Virus record (IMG/VR): IMGVR_UViG_3300031227_000018
Coordinates: 32,001-96,000 of that record
Strand: one strand, 5' to 3'
Length of the DNA stretch: 64,000 bases
Origin: a virus
The translations under genes and the position numbers were made by a program. Each line of letters begins with the position of its first letter. Position 1 is the first letter of the stretch. Positions 19,878 to 31,010 of the stretch are shown here, piece after piece. Below the pieces are notes generated by a model, which was given only the letters and a program-made list of their open reading frames with translations, ran no database searches and was not told the DNA's origin.

Positions 19878-21374
19878 ATGGCTGTAGTTTTAACTCCAGA
19901 TATGAGAAAAGCAGTTTCCAGGAGGTTGGTGAAACTTCCTGGAGAAATAGTTGCATTGACAAATACATCAGACAATCTTGATGATGCAGGAACTGCGTAT
20001 GGGAAGGTTGATGAATCTAACTCTGAATTTCTTCAAAATTGGTTGAATATTGCGAATATGTATTTGGATGAAAAACAAAATATCAATGGTGAAGAATATG
20101 ACACGTACAATCAAGGGGTAGGAGATGATTTTGATATTGATCGAGTTTTCATCACCAATCCCACGTTAAATGTATTCTTTCCAGTCAGTCATGCTACGTT
20201 ATCTGACAATTATTTTCTTAATCCTCAAATAAATATTTACACAAATAGTGCTGCTAATGGAGTGATATCGGCAACTTATGAGTCTAGGGTTTCAAAAGAT
20301 TATGAAATGTTGGCTCTTACTTTATTGACAGGGTTGACAGGGGGAGTCAATACAACTGTAGCTGTAACGTATAGCGGTGGTAACACTCTACAAGTTGCTA
20401 ATGGTGCGGGAACTTCGAATGATTCTTGTGTTATTGTAGATGGAGATAACGGAGCTGTGGTTCCTTCTCAATATCTTTTTTATATTGCTTCTGGGGGAGG
20501 AACGAACACCTTAACAGGTTGGGCTATTTCTGGTGGCCCTGGTAATGTAGTTCCCGCAGGTTCTCAAGTGGTTGTTGGTGGTGGAGTGGTGTGGAGTGAT
20601 GCAGCAAGAGACAGCTTGTCCGGTGCCGCACCTTTTGTGATACTTTCAAATAATATTGTTACTTATATGAATAATACAGCAATTTGGAGTGGTCATTTAA
20701 CCGCTGAAGATGTAGCGTTAACAGCCAATGATGATGCAAGAGCACCACAGCAAGCTCAGAATACAGCGGCATTAGCAGCTATACCCATTATTGAAGCAGC
20801 GACCACCACTTGGTTGACATTTCCGGTTTCAGATGTGGGTGGTAATAGTAGATATAATGATCCAGCTTTAACAGCGTTTCAAACTCCGGTGGATGTTCGT
20901 TCAGCTTTTGTAGTTACGAGGTTGGCACAAATTGTAGTTGCGTTAGGTGCGGTTGCTTATATCGGAGGTGGTCCAACATTTACAGCAACTGGAGCTGCAG
21001 GGAATAAGTATCGTTGGGCAGATAGACGTTGTAACAAAAATTATGGATCGTTATCTCAAGAAGATAATGCAGAATCAACGAAAGAGATAATAGATGAACA
21101 AAAACAAAATTCAGAAGATTTATTGATTGATTATGAAGCTGTAATGACAGCGGCAGCCTTAAATGTAGAACCTACCGGGAGTAAAACGGTTTATATAACG
21201 GATGTATCAGGTTTTAGTGTAGGGGATTCGATTTATGCAATTGATGAATTAAATCTAGAATTGAATGGTTTTGTTACAGGGGTTTACGTAGATATAAATA
21301 GGATGGATTTAAGTTTTGATTTTCCATCCACATACACTTTGGATTATTTGGCGCGTGTGTATAAATTATTGTAG
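19878..21374 (+). CDS. Baseplate/virion structural protein
   Basis: Gly/Ala/Val/Thr-rich; shares a beta module with sheath and baseplate J. Confidence 0.55.
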   Translation: MAVVLTPDMRKAVSRRLVKLPGEIVALTNTSDNLDDAGTAYGKVDESNSEFLQNWLNIANMYLDEKQNINGEEYDTYNQGVGDDFDIDRVFITNPTLNVFFPVSHATLSDNYFLNPQINIYTNSAANGVISATYESRVSKDYEMLALTLLTGLTGGVNTTVAVTYSGGNTLQVANGAGTSNDSCVIVDGDNGAVVPSQYLFYIASGGGTNTLTGWAISGGPGNVVPAGSQVVVGGGVVWSDAARDSLSGAAPFVILSNNIVTYMNNTAIWSGHLTAEDVALTANDDARAPQQAQNTAALAAIPIIEAATTTWLTFPVSDVGGNSRYNDPALTAFQTPVDVRSAFVVTRLAQIVVALGAVAYIGGGPTFTATGAAGNKYRWADRRCNKNYGSLSQEDNAESTKEIIDEQKQNSEDLLIDYEAVMTAAALNVEPTGSKTVYITDVSGFSVGDSIYAIDELNLELNGFVTGVYVDINRMDLSFDFPSTYTLDYLARVYKLL

Positions 21375-21406
21375 GGTTTTCAAGTATAGTAATGCAGAGG
21401 TTTTAA

Positions 21407-23275
21407 ATGGGAATATCTACTTTTATATCGGAAGGTGAAGATTTAATCTTAAATCAAGGTGCGAATATATTTACTACACCATTGATTCAAGGGGGTTCTG
21501 TTGTTCAAAATGCTGGTTATATAACCAAAGGCGTTGAATATGCTCTCAATAGAATTAAAACAAGTAATTGGAGATTTGATTTAGGATACGGTTTTTCGGT
21601 GGAAGGGGATCCGTCTAACAAATTTGCGAATCTTAAACTTCAAATAAATCCCAGCGAATTGAGACAATCTGAAAACTTTGCAATAACTGTTACGCCTTGT
21701 CAAACTGGAGTGATTACAGAGCATCAAGGGTTTGTAATTAAAAATTTGACTATTTCGGGTACGACTGGAATGAGACCGATGGGGGCTGTTAGAACTGGTT
21801 ACGCTGAGTTTATGAGATTGAGGAATTATCTTAGGAGTTATGCAGAGTGTAAAAAAAATCCAAACTATAAAGATTTAAAACTTATTTTTCGCAACAAAAA
21901 AGATAATGAATATTGGTATGTAGAACCAACTGGCCCTGGAGTTGATTTAAGAAGAACACAGGATAGACCGTTTTTATATGATTATACAATTTCATTGATT
22001 ATAGTGGGTTGGGCGGAGGCATATCCTCGTAGGGGTGGAGTTTATGGTCAAATTTTAGATAACATAACTCTTGTTGAGAATATTGTCGATGAGGTTGGTG
22101 ATAGAATAGAGAATGCTGCGGCTATCATTCATGACAGTGCCGATCTATTGAATAGAATTAGTCGTCAAGTGGCAATCACTTTAACAATTCCACTCAATAA
22201 AGTAAGTGCAGCTTTACAAGCAATGAGATATGCAAAAACAACAGTGTCAGCCCTTCCGAGATCTTTTTATGAGGAACTTAAGAGGTCCGCTGCTGATGTG
22301 AGAGATAATTTTATTGATTTGGTTGGATTGGGGGATTCTAGATACAATACAACATTTGGTAGAACGCCACTTTCTGCACAAAAAAGTTTTATATTATCTG
22401 ATGTTAAAACTTTAGAAGCTGTTAGCAGTATAGTGACTGGTATGGATAGGGTTTTAGCTTCTGATGTTATTTTTAGCCCAGAATCAGGATCTGGAGTTTT
22501 GAGTGGAACATCGGACAATTTAGAAAGTGCAATTGAAATTAACAGCAGTGCAGTTCAAGCTACCAGAACTGCTTCTGCCCCATCTTTGAAAGCTGCATTT
22601 AAAAATGCGCTTGATTTTGTGTTACCGCAAAGCGTTAAGGAAGAGGTTATTCAGTATAATGATACACTTGAAAAAATTGCATATCGAGTTATGGCAGATA
22701 CGACATTGTGGTATCAAATAGTTCTTCTTAACAATCTTGATCCACCTTATATTTCAGAAGATCCTATTGTGGGTAAAAACACTTTGTCATATGGGCAAAC
22801 AATTTTGATTCCTCAATATGGTACACCTGATAAAATGGCTGTATTACAAAAAGGTGATACTGAAATTACTAAGGATTTATCAATTTTTGAAAAAAATCTT
22901 GGAGTTGATTTGCAATTAACGAATGAGAATGATATTGCCGTTAATTTAGCAGCTCAAGATTTTGAACTTATAGCTGGTGTAGAAAATGCTGCCCAAGCTG
23001 TTAATATTAAATTAGGGATGGAGCCAGGTGCTTTAATGTATCATCCTGAAATTGGAATTGATATGCAAATTGGTCAAAAGATGGTTTATACTGCAGAAGA
23101 AATAACGGAAATGATAGAATCCACAATTGTTGCAGATAATAGATTTGCTTCTGTTGATTCAATCCATGTTGAACGTGAGGGCAACACTTTAAGGCTCAAA
23201 TTGAAAGTTTCGCTTATGCATTCAAGCAAACCTGTGCCCTTACAACTAATTTTAAGGAGTGGGGAAAATGGCTGA
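21407..23275 (+). CDS. Fused baseplate protein (tube-initiator-like + LysM-like + gp25-like)
   Basis: LQINPSEL/LTISGTTG; DTLEKIAYRVMADTTLWYQIVLLNNL; GVENAAQAV...YHPEIG...ADNRF. Confidence 0.7.
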   Translation: MGISTFISEGEDLILNQGANIFTTPLIQGGSVVQNAGYITKGVEYALNRIKTSNWRFDLGYGFSVEGDPSNKFANLKLQINPSELRQSENFAITVTPCQTGVITEHQGFVIKNLTISGTTGMRPMGAVRTGYAEFMRLRNYLRSYAECKKNPNYKDLKLIFRNKKDNEYWYVEPTGPGVDLRRTQDRPFLYDYTISLIIVGWAEAYPRRGGVYGQILDNITLVENIVDEVGDRIENAAAIIHDSADLLNRISRQVAITLTIPLNKVSAALQAMRYAKTTVSALPRSFYEELKRSAADVRDNFIDLVGLGDSRYNTTFGRTPLSAQKSFILSDVKTLEAVSSIVTGMDRVLASDVIFSPESGSGVLSGTSDNLESAIEINSSAVQATRTASAPSLKAAFKNALDFVLPQSVKEEVIQYNDTLEKIAYRVMADTTLWYQIVLLNNLDPPYISEDPIVGKNTLSYGQTILIPQYGTPDKMAVLQKGDTEITKDLSIFEKNLGVDLQLTNENDIAVNLAAQDFELIAGVENAAQAVNIKLGMEPGALMYHPEIGIDMQIGQKMVYTAEEITEMIESTIVADNRFASVDSIHVEREGNTLRLKLKVSLMHSSKPVPLQLILRSGENG

Positions 23276-26200
23276 ATTTACTTTAAAATCTTTTCAACAA
23301 ATTTTATCTGATATGATCGCAACTGTGGGGGCAAACTCTGCATTGACAGATATCTCAGCTGGTTCTGCAGTCATTACCATGCTGGAAGCTGCTTCAACAG
23401 AAGATGCGAATTCTTATATTCAAATGCTGAATATTATTCGATCTTATAATTTAGATACAGTTGTTGGGATAGATTTAGATGATCGAGCTTACGAATATGG
23501 ATTGACAAGGATCGGAAGCAACCCTGCGAACGGGTATGTAACTCTAAGTGATTCTGCGTTTAGTAAAGTTTCTACGGTTATTTATCCAGGGTTGCCAGGG
23601 CCAAGTGCAGGAAATACAACTGTCAACATCGTAGATTCCACCAGTTTCCCAGCAATTGGAGGGTCAGTTATTGTTGGAAGGGGAACCAACAACGTAGAAA
23701 CAGTTCCTTATGGTTCTATAACTAATATGGGAACTTACTATCGTTTAAATTTGACGTTAGCTTTAACAAAAGATCATGGTACTGATGAAACCATTATTTT
23801 TGCACAAGGTGGCGATCGAGTTGTTCCCGCAGGTAGTGTAGTTTATGTTCCTGAATCTGATTTGATCTCTCAAATAAATTTTATTTTGCAAGCTGATCAA
23901 ACGATTTTAGATGGTGAAGTTTCTATTTTAAATTCTACAGTTATTTGTAGTCAATCAGGCACTGTGGGTAATGTGAATATCGGTGCAATAAGATTCTACT
24001 CAACTTTACCGTTTACTACAGCAGAGGTTACTAATCCCTATTCTTTTTCTACAGGTCGAGATGTGGAAACTGATGAACAATTAAGGGATAGGATTCGTGC
24101 CACCATACAAAGTTTAAGTCGTGGAACAGAGAAGTCGGTTTTAACAGCAGCAGTGCAGGTGACTTCATCTTATCAAAATAATAAAGTTGTATCAGCATCC
24201 TTTGTGGAAGCTACGACTTTAAATGAATTGAATTTTCTTTATATTGATGATGGTGTGGCACTTGAACCGTGGTTTGTAGCGGAACCTTATCAATTGTTGA
24301 TGGAGTATGCAGCTGGTGGAGAAAAGTTTTTACAGCTTGATAATTCAAAAACACCGTTGACAAAAGGAAGTCTTGTAACTCAGAACAGTGAACCGTTTGG
24401 AATTATAGCTGGTCAAACACTGATCATTAGGGTTGGGGGTATTGAAGAAACCACTGTGACTTTTGGTGGAGCAGACATGTTTGCAGTACCAGGGTCTGCA
24501 ACAGCGGAAGAAGTGATAAGGGTTCTTAATGATGAAGTATCGTTCATAGAAGCCAGAACGTCCGGCAATAGAACAAAAGTTGTTATTGAAGCACTAGCTA
24601 ACACTAACGAGGAAATTCAAGTTGTGGGAGGCACTGCGAACGTTGCACTGGGTTTTAAAGAGGGCGTAGATGTTTACACTTTGAAACTTTACAAAAATGA
24701 TATTTTGCTAAGTAAGGATGGATGGAATGCCTATGTTATTTCTCAAAGTGGTCAACCCTTTGCGATTGTTCCTGCGACCACTTTGACCCTAAAGATTGAT
24801 GACAAGCCAACGGTGCAAACGATAACATTCGGTACAGAAACTACAGCAGCAGAAGTTGCTGCATTGATAAACACACAGATAACAGGTGCGCGAGCGTATA
24901 CAATTCAAATTGGAAGTTCGGTGAGAGTTGTGATAGTATCCACTAATCCTTATCCAGGACAATCGGCAGTTGAAGTCACTGGTGGAGCTGCTAATGCTAT
25001 ATTGAATTTTTCCACTACAATCGTGTATGGAGCAGCAAAGGATTATTCTTTAAATAAATACAATGGACAAATTGAATTAGAAGATGTTCTTGTGGCTGGC
25101 GATGAAGTGGTTGCAGGTTCTCCGTACACGAGGGCATTTGAAGAGTCTATCTCAGCTCAAAATTATTCTGTGGTTATTGGTCAATTATTGATTTTACAGG
25201 TGGATGATATTGTGGATAGTTCAGTCACCACTCAGATTAATGTAACTGACTTTATTGATGTCAGTTTAGCTGCAACATATGTTGATGATCATTTTGAAGA
25301 CTTGTATGTTCGATTTAAAAGCACAACGACAACAGTAGCACTTCAAGGTGTTTATCGACAAATATCAGCTTATAATGGTACAACAGGTCAATTCACCACA
25401 GCTGCATTCCCTGCGATACCTCAAGTTGCAGATGTTTATGAGGTGGTTCAAATAGCCACAGCGACAGCGACAGCTTCTTTAGATTGCGATGGTGTTAACA
25501 CCATGTTTGAACCTTTACTTAGGGGAGTGAGTTTTTATGGTAAAACCAAGAATCTTGACACTTTTTTGAGAGTGCAATCGAATAGTCAAGATGAATCTGG
25601 AAGAATACGCATTCATTCCGCCACTACAGTTGTGGGCTTGGATCTTCCTACAGGAGTCACAAACTCAGCGCAAGAGAGTAATTACGGTTTTGTGGAAAGT
25701 GGAAATGAACAGGATTTTACATTTGGTGTTGGTCAATTTATCATTTTTGTTTTTGACAATGATTTAACTTATAAAACTGTAACAGTTAATATAGATTACG
25801 ACAGTATTGTTACTGCTGGGGTTGGTGCCAGTGATTTTAGGGCTGCAAGTTTGATAACCTATTTCACACAGCAAGACTTCTTTGTGGGATGTAGAGTCAG
25901 ATTTAAATTTAATACAACTACAGCAGCTTTAAGAAATCAAATTGGGACAATAACAGCTTATGATGAAACTAACGGTCAAATAACAGTTGCCGCACCACTT
26001 CCAGCTGCACCTGTTATTGGGGATACTTTTGAGATTATTCCAACAACAACACGCAATGTGGTTGATCTTTTTAATCATAGAACTTTTACAAATTTAGGGG
26101 TTTATTGCGATATTGAAGCAAGCTATGACGGGACGAAAGTTCAACTTACAACAAAAACCGAAGGAACTCTAGGTGCTGTTAGATGTGCAGGTGGTAATGC

Positions 26201-26882
26201 AAATGATTTTAGTATACCACTATTGACAGATGGTACGCTTCTGGGAGCTTCCACTGTAGATTCGATTGAAGGGTTGAGTGTTGGATTGCAATTGGTCATA
26301 AACGATAGCGGAGTAGTTGGCCCTGCGGATATAACTATAACAAACATAGCGGGTGCTGCTTCGCCTTATACAGTTTCAGTTTCAGTTGATGCTGGTGGAA
26401 CTGATATCAGTGGTTATTTAACGGGTAATTCAGCTTATTTTATGCCTCGAAATCAATTTGATTTTACTCTTATTCCTGCTGAAGGAATTGATGGTTATAA
26501 AAACTATGTTGGTTTAGTTCAAGAATGTCAGTGGATAATCGACGGTAAGGATACTGATTTTGAAAATTATCCTGGCATTAAAGCGGCAGGGGTTCAAATT
26601 GAAATAAAAGCACCTGTTATGCATTATGTTGAAGTTACCATTGATGTTTCCACATCAGACGGTTTGACATTGGCTCTTGTTAAAAATGATGTTAAATCTG
26701 CAATTAGTAATTATATAAATGGCCTGGGAGTTGGTGAAGATGTGGTTCTTAGTGAAATAATCGCCGCTGTTATGGCTGTCACTGGTATTGTGGATTCAAG
26801 TATTCTCACTCCGACTGCGAATGTTTTAATAGCTGCCAATGAGTTGGCTCGCATTTCAGAAACCGATATTATAGTAGGGTAA
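23268..26882 (+). CDS. Baseplate wedge J-like protein with large repeated insertions
   Basis: DLDDRAYEYGLTR, GRDVETDEQLRDRI, YINGLGVGEDVVLSEII. Confidence 0.88.
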   Translation: MAEFTLKSFQQILSDMIATVGANSALTDISAGSAVITMLEAASTEDANSYIQMLNIIRSYNLDTVVGIDLDDRAYEYGLTRIGSNPANGYVTLSDSAFSKVSTVIYPGLPGPSAGNTTVNIVDSTSFPAIGGSVIVGRGTNNVETVPYGSITNMGTYYRLNLTLALTKDHGTDETIIFAQGGDRVVPAGSVVYVPESDLISQINFILQADQTILDGEVSILNSTVICSQSGTVGNVNIGAIRFYSTLPFTTAEVTNPYSFSTGRDVETDEQLRDRIRATIQSLSRGTEKSVLTAAVQVTSSYQNNKVVSASFVEATTLNELNFLYIDDGVALEPWFVAEPYQLLMEYAAGGEKFLQLDNSKTPLTKGSLVTQNSEPFGIIAGQTLIIRVGGIEETTVTFGGADMFAVPGSATAEEVIRVLNDEVSFIEARTSGNRTKVVIEALANTNEEIQVVGGTANVALGFKEGVDVYTLKLYKNDILLSKDGWNAYVISQSGQPFAIVPATTLTLKIDDKPTVQTITFGTETTAAEVAALINTQITGARAYTIQIGSSVRVVIVSTNPYPGQSAVEVTGGAANAILNFSTTIVYGAAKDYSLNKYNGQIELEDVLVAGDEVVAGSPYTRAFEESISAQNYSVVIGQLLILQVDDIVDSSVTTQINVTDFIDVSLAATYVDDHFEDLYVRFKSTTTTVALQGVYRQISAYNGTTGQFTTAAFPAIPQVADVYEVVQIATATATASLDCDGVNTMFEPLLRGVSFYGKTKNLDTFLRVQSNSQDESGRIRIHSATTVVGLDLPTGVTNSAQESNYGFVESGNEQDFTFGVGQFIIFVFDNDLTYKTVTVNIDYDSIVTAGVGASDFRAASLITYFTQQDFFVGCRVRFKFNTTTAALRNQIGTITAYDETNGQITVAAPLPAAPVIGDTFEIIPTTTRNVVDLFNHRTFTNLGVYCDIEASYDGTKVQLTTKTEGTLGAVRCAGGNANDFSIPLLTDGTLLGASTVDSIEGLSVGLQLVINDSGVVGPADITITNIAGAASPYTVSVSVDAGGTDISGYLTGNSAYFMPRNQFDFTLIPAEGIDGYKNYVGLVQECQWIIDGKDTDFENYPGIKAAGVQIEIKAPVMHYVEVTIDVSTSDGLTLALVKNDVKSAISNYINGLGVGEDVVLSEIIAAVMAVTGIVDSSILTPTANVLIAANELARISETDIIVG

Positions 26883-26884
26883 TT

Positions 26885-28147
26885 ATGGATAGATTAGAAA
26901 GACTTTACAGTTTTATGCCATCTTATTATCATGCTGAATCTAGCGAATATATTAACGCTACTTTTAAAGCATTTGCTGAGCAAGATCAGTTGATAGAAAG
27001 CGCAGTTGATGATGCTAAAGATCAATTGTATGTAAGTCGGGCTGTTCATAATTATCTTGATTATTTATCTTCTAATTTTGATATTTCAAGGCCCACAGAT
27101 ATACTTTATTTTATTGACAGTAAATTTAGAGAACTTATCCCTGTTTTGAGTTATTGGCCGAAGCAAGTGAAACCTACTATTTACAAATGTTTGGAATTGT
27201 TTTGGAGTATCGAATACTTACACTCTACATCTACTAGTGGGAACTTTGAAACTTTTAATTTAGTTGGTGGTGAGACTTTGAGTTTTACTGTAGATGAAAC
27301 AAAAGAAATATCTGTGACATTTTTAGCAGAAGATTTTGCAGTTCCAGGAGCCGCAACTGCTCAAGAAGTTGTTGATCGTATTAATGAATGGGTGCCAGAA
27401 TACGTCATTGCACACACTTACCATGACAAACTTTTAAATCAAATACACGTTCGGATAAGCACTTTGACTTTTGGTTTGGCTGGAACTGTTCAAATAACAG
27501 GAGGTACTGCGAATGTTGCATTAGCTTTTGATACAGATAAACATCAATATACAAAAGTCAGCTTACATGAGTTGAATCCGAATGAATTGATAGTGAGGAT
27601 GCCCAAGAAGATTATACTGGAATATGACACACTATTGTGGTCTCATCATTTCCATGCAGATGCAACAATTGTAGATAGTAGACCAGTCGTTGATGCAACG
27701 CATCCATATTGGCCAGGATCTTTCTTTTATGATCGACCAACAGGATCAAGTATTCATATTACTAGTACGGTTACGACTTTACAACAATCCATTGGAGCGT
27801 CTGGGCATTATGCTGCTGTAACATTTGCCGACACTTCTCAATTTCCAGGAGCAGGCGGTCATATTGTTTTTGATTTTGGTGGAAATGAGCAGGAAGTTGT
27901 AAAATATCTTTCTCGCCCAAACAACACAACCTTATTGCTAGATGCTACGTATCCATTTGTTTATTCGCATGGTATCGGTGATAGAGTCAATTTATGCTAT
28001 CCTACGCCATATAAACCGCGTATAACTGGTGTTGATTATCCAATATTTTTTGTTGATACAGAAATAGCGTACGAGTTAATCAGTCGATTTATTTTGTTGT
28101 TGAAAGCAGCGGGAATTGTTGTGAGATGGATATTAGAAGATGATTAA
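26885..28147 (+). CDS. Baseplate wedge I-like protein
   Basis: YLDYLSSNFDISRP...DSKFRELI; LKAAGIVV C-terminus. Confidence 0.75.
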   Translation: MDRLERLYSFMPSYYHAESSEYINATFKAFAEQDQLIESAVDDAKDQLYVSRAVHNYLDYLSSNFDISRPTDILYFIDSKFRELIPVLSYWPKQVKPTIYKCLELFWSIEYLHSTSTSGNFETFNLVGGETLSFTVDETKEISVTFLAEDFAVPGAATAQEVVDRINEWVPEYVIAHTYHDKLLNQIHVRISTLTFGLAGTVQITGGTANVALAFDTDKHQYTKVSLHELNPNELIVRMPKKIILEYDTLLWSHHFHADATIVDSRPVVDATHPYWPGSFFYDRPTGSSIHITSTVTTLQQSIGASGHYAAVTFADTSQFPGAGGHIVFDFGGNEQEVVKYLSRPNNTTLLLDATYPFVYSHGIGDRVNLCYPTPYKPRITGVDYPIFFVDTEIAYELISRFILLLKAAGIVVRWILEDD

Positions 28148-28193
28148 AAGTTTTTTAAGATATAAAATATAGTTTAATAAATGAGGAGTTAAA

Positions 28194-29294
28194 ATGGCCC
28201 AACAAACAAAACTTATTATGTATGCACAGGAGCGTTACGATTTACCAGATTTTAACACTTTGCAATCTTTAATAGAAACCGATGAACAACTATTGAATAA
28301 AGGTGCTATTTCAGGGTTAAATTGTTATATTTTGGGTGGTTTTGTGGTAACTCACGTAGTTCCACCGAGTCTGAATATTAGCATCAATCCGATAGGTTCT
28401 GTTTTGATAGATGGTGCAAATGATGGCAGTTTATACTATGGTCCAGCTGGAACTGCATTGTTAACGGATACAGCAGTGGATGGCACCACAACTTATTTTT
28501 GGCTTGAGACCGATTTCCAAGGTGGTACGCCAGCAGTTAGAACCTTTTGGGATCCTGCTTCAATGGTTGGTGTTGGAGCTGAATTTAATCAAATAGTCAA
28601 CACTCAAAGAGAATTGATTGTTACTTTGAATAAAAACACAACGGGATTCCCTGTTTCTGGAACTACAATCCCATTGTGCAAAACAACTGCGATTGCTGGT
28701 AATATCACCACTTTTACAGATTGTCGTCAAATGTTGTTTAGACTGGGGTCAGGTGGGAATGCTCCAAATTTAGATTATGTATACCCATGGATAGCGGGTA
28801 GAGGCGAACCTGGGGTTTCTGGTGCTGTTGGTATATTCAGTGGTGGAGATAAACAGCTTGAAAATTTAAAAGATAGTTTAGATGCTATAATGTCAATGAT
28901 TAAAGAAATTAAATTTGGTAGTGCAACAGGTGCTGCAGCTGTTTGGTACGCACCTGCACATTCTAGTTTAGCAGATGTTTCTATTGCTATGACGGGTGGT
29001 GGAGTTTGGTCTTGGGCTTTGGGAACTGGAAGAGTTACACTTACGGCTGATGCAACAATATTGATACCTGGTACAGCTTTTATTAATACGATTGATTTTA
29101 CTGATCCAGAAGGAACTGGAAATGCATGGATAAGCATGCCAGCAAACGGGAATGTAGCTTATGTTGATATTGATAGAACTTCAAATGCAGTTTTAACCGC
29201 CACAGTCGTGGCTTCTTCGGCATACGTTCCAGCACCAGATAGATTTATAATGATACGTAGAATCAGTGACGCTGTTTATATTGGTATGGCATAA
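28194..29294 (+). CDS. Baseplate/tail fibre attachment protein
   Basis: ERYDLPDF N-terminus, TDCRQMLFRLG; position in module. Confidence 0.6.
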   Translation: MAQQTKLIMYAQERYDLPDFNTLQSLIETDEQLLNKGAISGLNCYILGGFVVTHVVPPSLNISINPIGSVLIDGANDGSLYYGPAGTALLTDTAVDGTTTYFWLETDFQGGTPAVRTFWDPASMVGVGAEFNQIVNTQRELIVTLNKNTTGFPVSGTTIPLCKTTAIAGNITTFTDCRQMLFRLGSGGNAPNLDYVYPWIAGRGEPGVSGAVGIFSGGDKQLENLKDSLDAIMSMIKEIKFGSATGAAAVWYAPAHSSLADVSIAMTGGGVWSWALGTGRVTLTADATILIPGTAFINTIDFTDPEGTGNAWISMPANGNVAYVDIDRTSNAVLTATVVASSAYVPAPDRFIMIRRISDAVYIGMA

Positions 29295-29306
29295 AAGGAG
29301 ATTGAT

Positions 29307-30548
29307 ATGGCATTAATGAGATTGGATAATGGTGAATCAGGTGAACTCGCAACTCCATTGACTAAACAACATTTAGAGTATGTTGGAGGTGCTACTTTAA
29401 CAGAGGCAGATTCTCAGCCTGATTACAACACTCTTATCGCACCTAAAGTGGTGCATGGATTTGCTAATTTAGAGGATTTAACACTGGCATTAGCTAAGGT
29501 TGGAGATCTGTTCACTAATCGGTATGGTGATGATATATTTGGAATATTGGAGTGGCAGGCAGCAGCCCAAGCAGATTTTATTAATGGAGCTATTCTCAAC
29601 ATAGGTAATGGAGCTGTTATCAATGTATTGTCTGGAGGAGAAATAGAATGTCGATCTGGAGCGATAGTGGATTTTCAAGATGGTTGTACACCAAGTTTTG
29701 CAACCACCCCAGGAGCTCCGTTTACTGTTGCTGCTGGTGCAGCTGTGGTCACCAATTTAGATGCAGACAAAGTTGATGGTGCAAATGCATCTGCAACTCC
29801 ATCAAATGGCATAATTGTTATTGCTAATGCTAATGGGTTTTTAACAACTCCAGCAGCTGCTCCTACAGTTAATTATGAAGTGGCGAATAAAAAATATGTT
29901 GATGATTCGTCAGGAGCTATAATCGATCATGATCATTCGGTTAGTGGCACCAACCATGGTGGACAACTTGTTCCTGGAACGATATTTGCAGCAGGTAATA
30001 AAACTGGAACAGGCAAAGCGGTTCTTGATGAATTTCCAACTATAAAAGCTCCGACGATATCTCCTACAAGTGCAAGTGCCTTTATATCTGCTCATGAATA
30101 TTATAGAGCGGATGGAACGCCTGTTTATATGCAGGAAAAGGGGGAAGCTCGAACTCAAGTTGATGCGTCTTACGCTATAACAACTGTTGCAGATGCAAAT
30201 AATCGTAGGACTTATATATTCTATTGTGCATATACTGCTACTGGGGCTGGAGATGTTTGGATTGATGTATTTGATGCAACATTGCATGCAAGCGATGATC
30301 AAATAATGATACATGTTGAGGTAATGGGTTCAGATATTACTGGGGCAGCCTCATATTTACTTTGTGATGGAATGTGGCACTCAAGAAGGGGTGTTGGTGG
30401 CACCACGTTTGTTGGTGATGCGGGGTCAACTGGAGGGTGTGCGCAACAAATGGCGTGGGATGGAACAAGTAAGATGACGTATTCATTAAATCGCGATGAT
30501 ACAGTAGCAACGAGATATATGGTTAAAGCTACAGTGCAGGCTTGTTAA
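29307..30548 (+). CDS. Tail fibre/receptor-binding protein
   Basis: VVTNLDADKVDG, VANKKYVDD and DHDHS fibre motifs. Confidence 0.75.
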   Translation: MALMRLDNGESGELATPLTKQHLEYVGGATLTEADSQPDYNTLIAPKVVHGFANLEDLTLALAKVGDLFTNRYGDDIFGILEWQAAAQADFINGAILNIGNGAVINVLSGGEIECRSGAIVDFQDGCTPSFATTPGAPFTVAAGAAVVTNLDADKVDGANASATPSNGIIVIANANGFLTTPAAAPTVNYEVANKKYVDDSSGAIIDHDHSVSGTNHGGQLVPGTIFAAGNKTGTGKAVLDEFPTIKAPTISPTSASAFISAHEYYRADGTPVYMQEKGEARTQVDASYAITTVADANNRRTYIFYCAYTATGAGDVWIDVFDATLHASDDQIMIHVEVMGSDITGAASYLLCDGMWHSRRGVGGTTFVGDAGSTGGCAQQMAWDGTSKMTYSLNRDDTVATRYMVKATVQAC

Positions 30549-30802
30549 TGCCAGAAAAAAAAGAAAATGATATATACATAAGAGATAGGGATAGCAAAAG
30601 TTATCGGCTTGCATTCTGGAGTTTCGTTGCTTCTCTTATTTTTGTATTTTTAGGAATTATAGAACATGTTCAATATGGAGACTTTATGTTGAAATTTAGA
30701 GCGGTGGAAGGTCAAGTTGTTTTGTTTCTACTTACTCCTTGCCTAAGTTTATATGGATTTCGTAGATATACAGATTATCTAGTGAAGAAAGGCGAAAAAT
30801 AG
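30548..30802 (+). CDS. Holin (two TM helices)
   Basis: SKSYRLAFW, two hydrophobic segments, LYGFRRYTD and basic C-terminus. Confidence 0.65.
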   Translation: MPEKKENDIYIRDRDSKSYRLAFWSFVASLIFVFLGIIEHVQYGDFMLKFRAVEGQVVLFLLTPCLSLYGFRRYTDYLVKKGEK

Positions 30803-30828
30803 GGAGGGGTAACCCCTACTCTTTTTTA
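30801..30828 (+). terminator. Terminator at the convergence of late and accessory blocks
   Basis: AGGGAGGGG-TAA-CCCCTACTCT followed by T-run. Confidence 0.65.
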
Positions 30829-31007
30829 TTATCTCCCTTTAAATATAACGGCTCAAACTTCCAATGTCTATAAGATTCATGTTTTCTACCGTTACAAGTT
30901 AAACACTTCCATCGCTTGTATTCTTTTTGAGTCCAAGGACTAACTTTTTCAAACAGTCTGTTCCCTTTACATCTAGGACAAAACAATATTTTAGTTCCTT
31001 CCCTCAT
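30816..31007 (-). CDS. Zn-ribbon protein
   Basis: CPRC...CLTC. Confidence 0.6.
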   Translation of the reverse strand: MREGTKILFCPRCKGNRLFEKVSPWTQKEYKRWKCLTCNGRKHESYRHWKFEPLYLKGDNKKE

Positions 31008-31010
31008 ATC

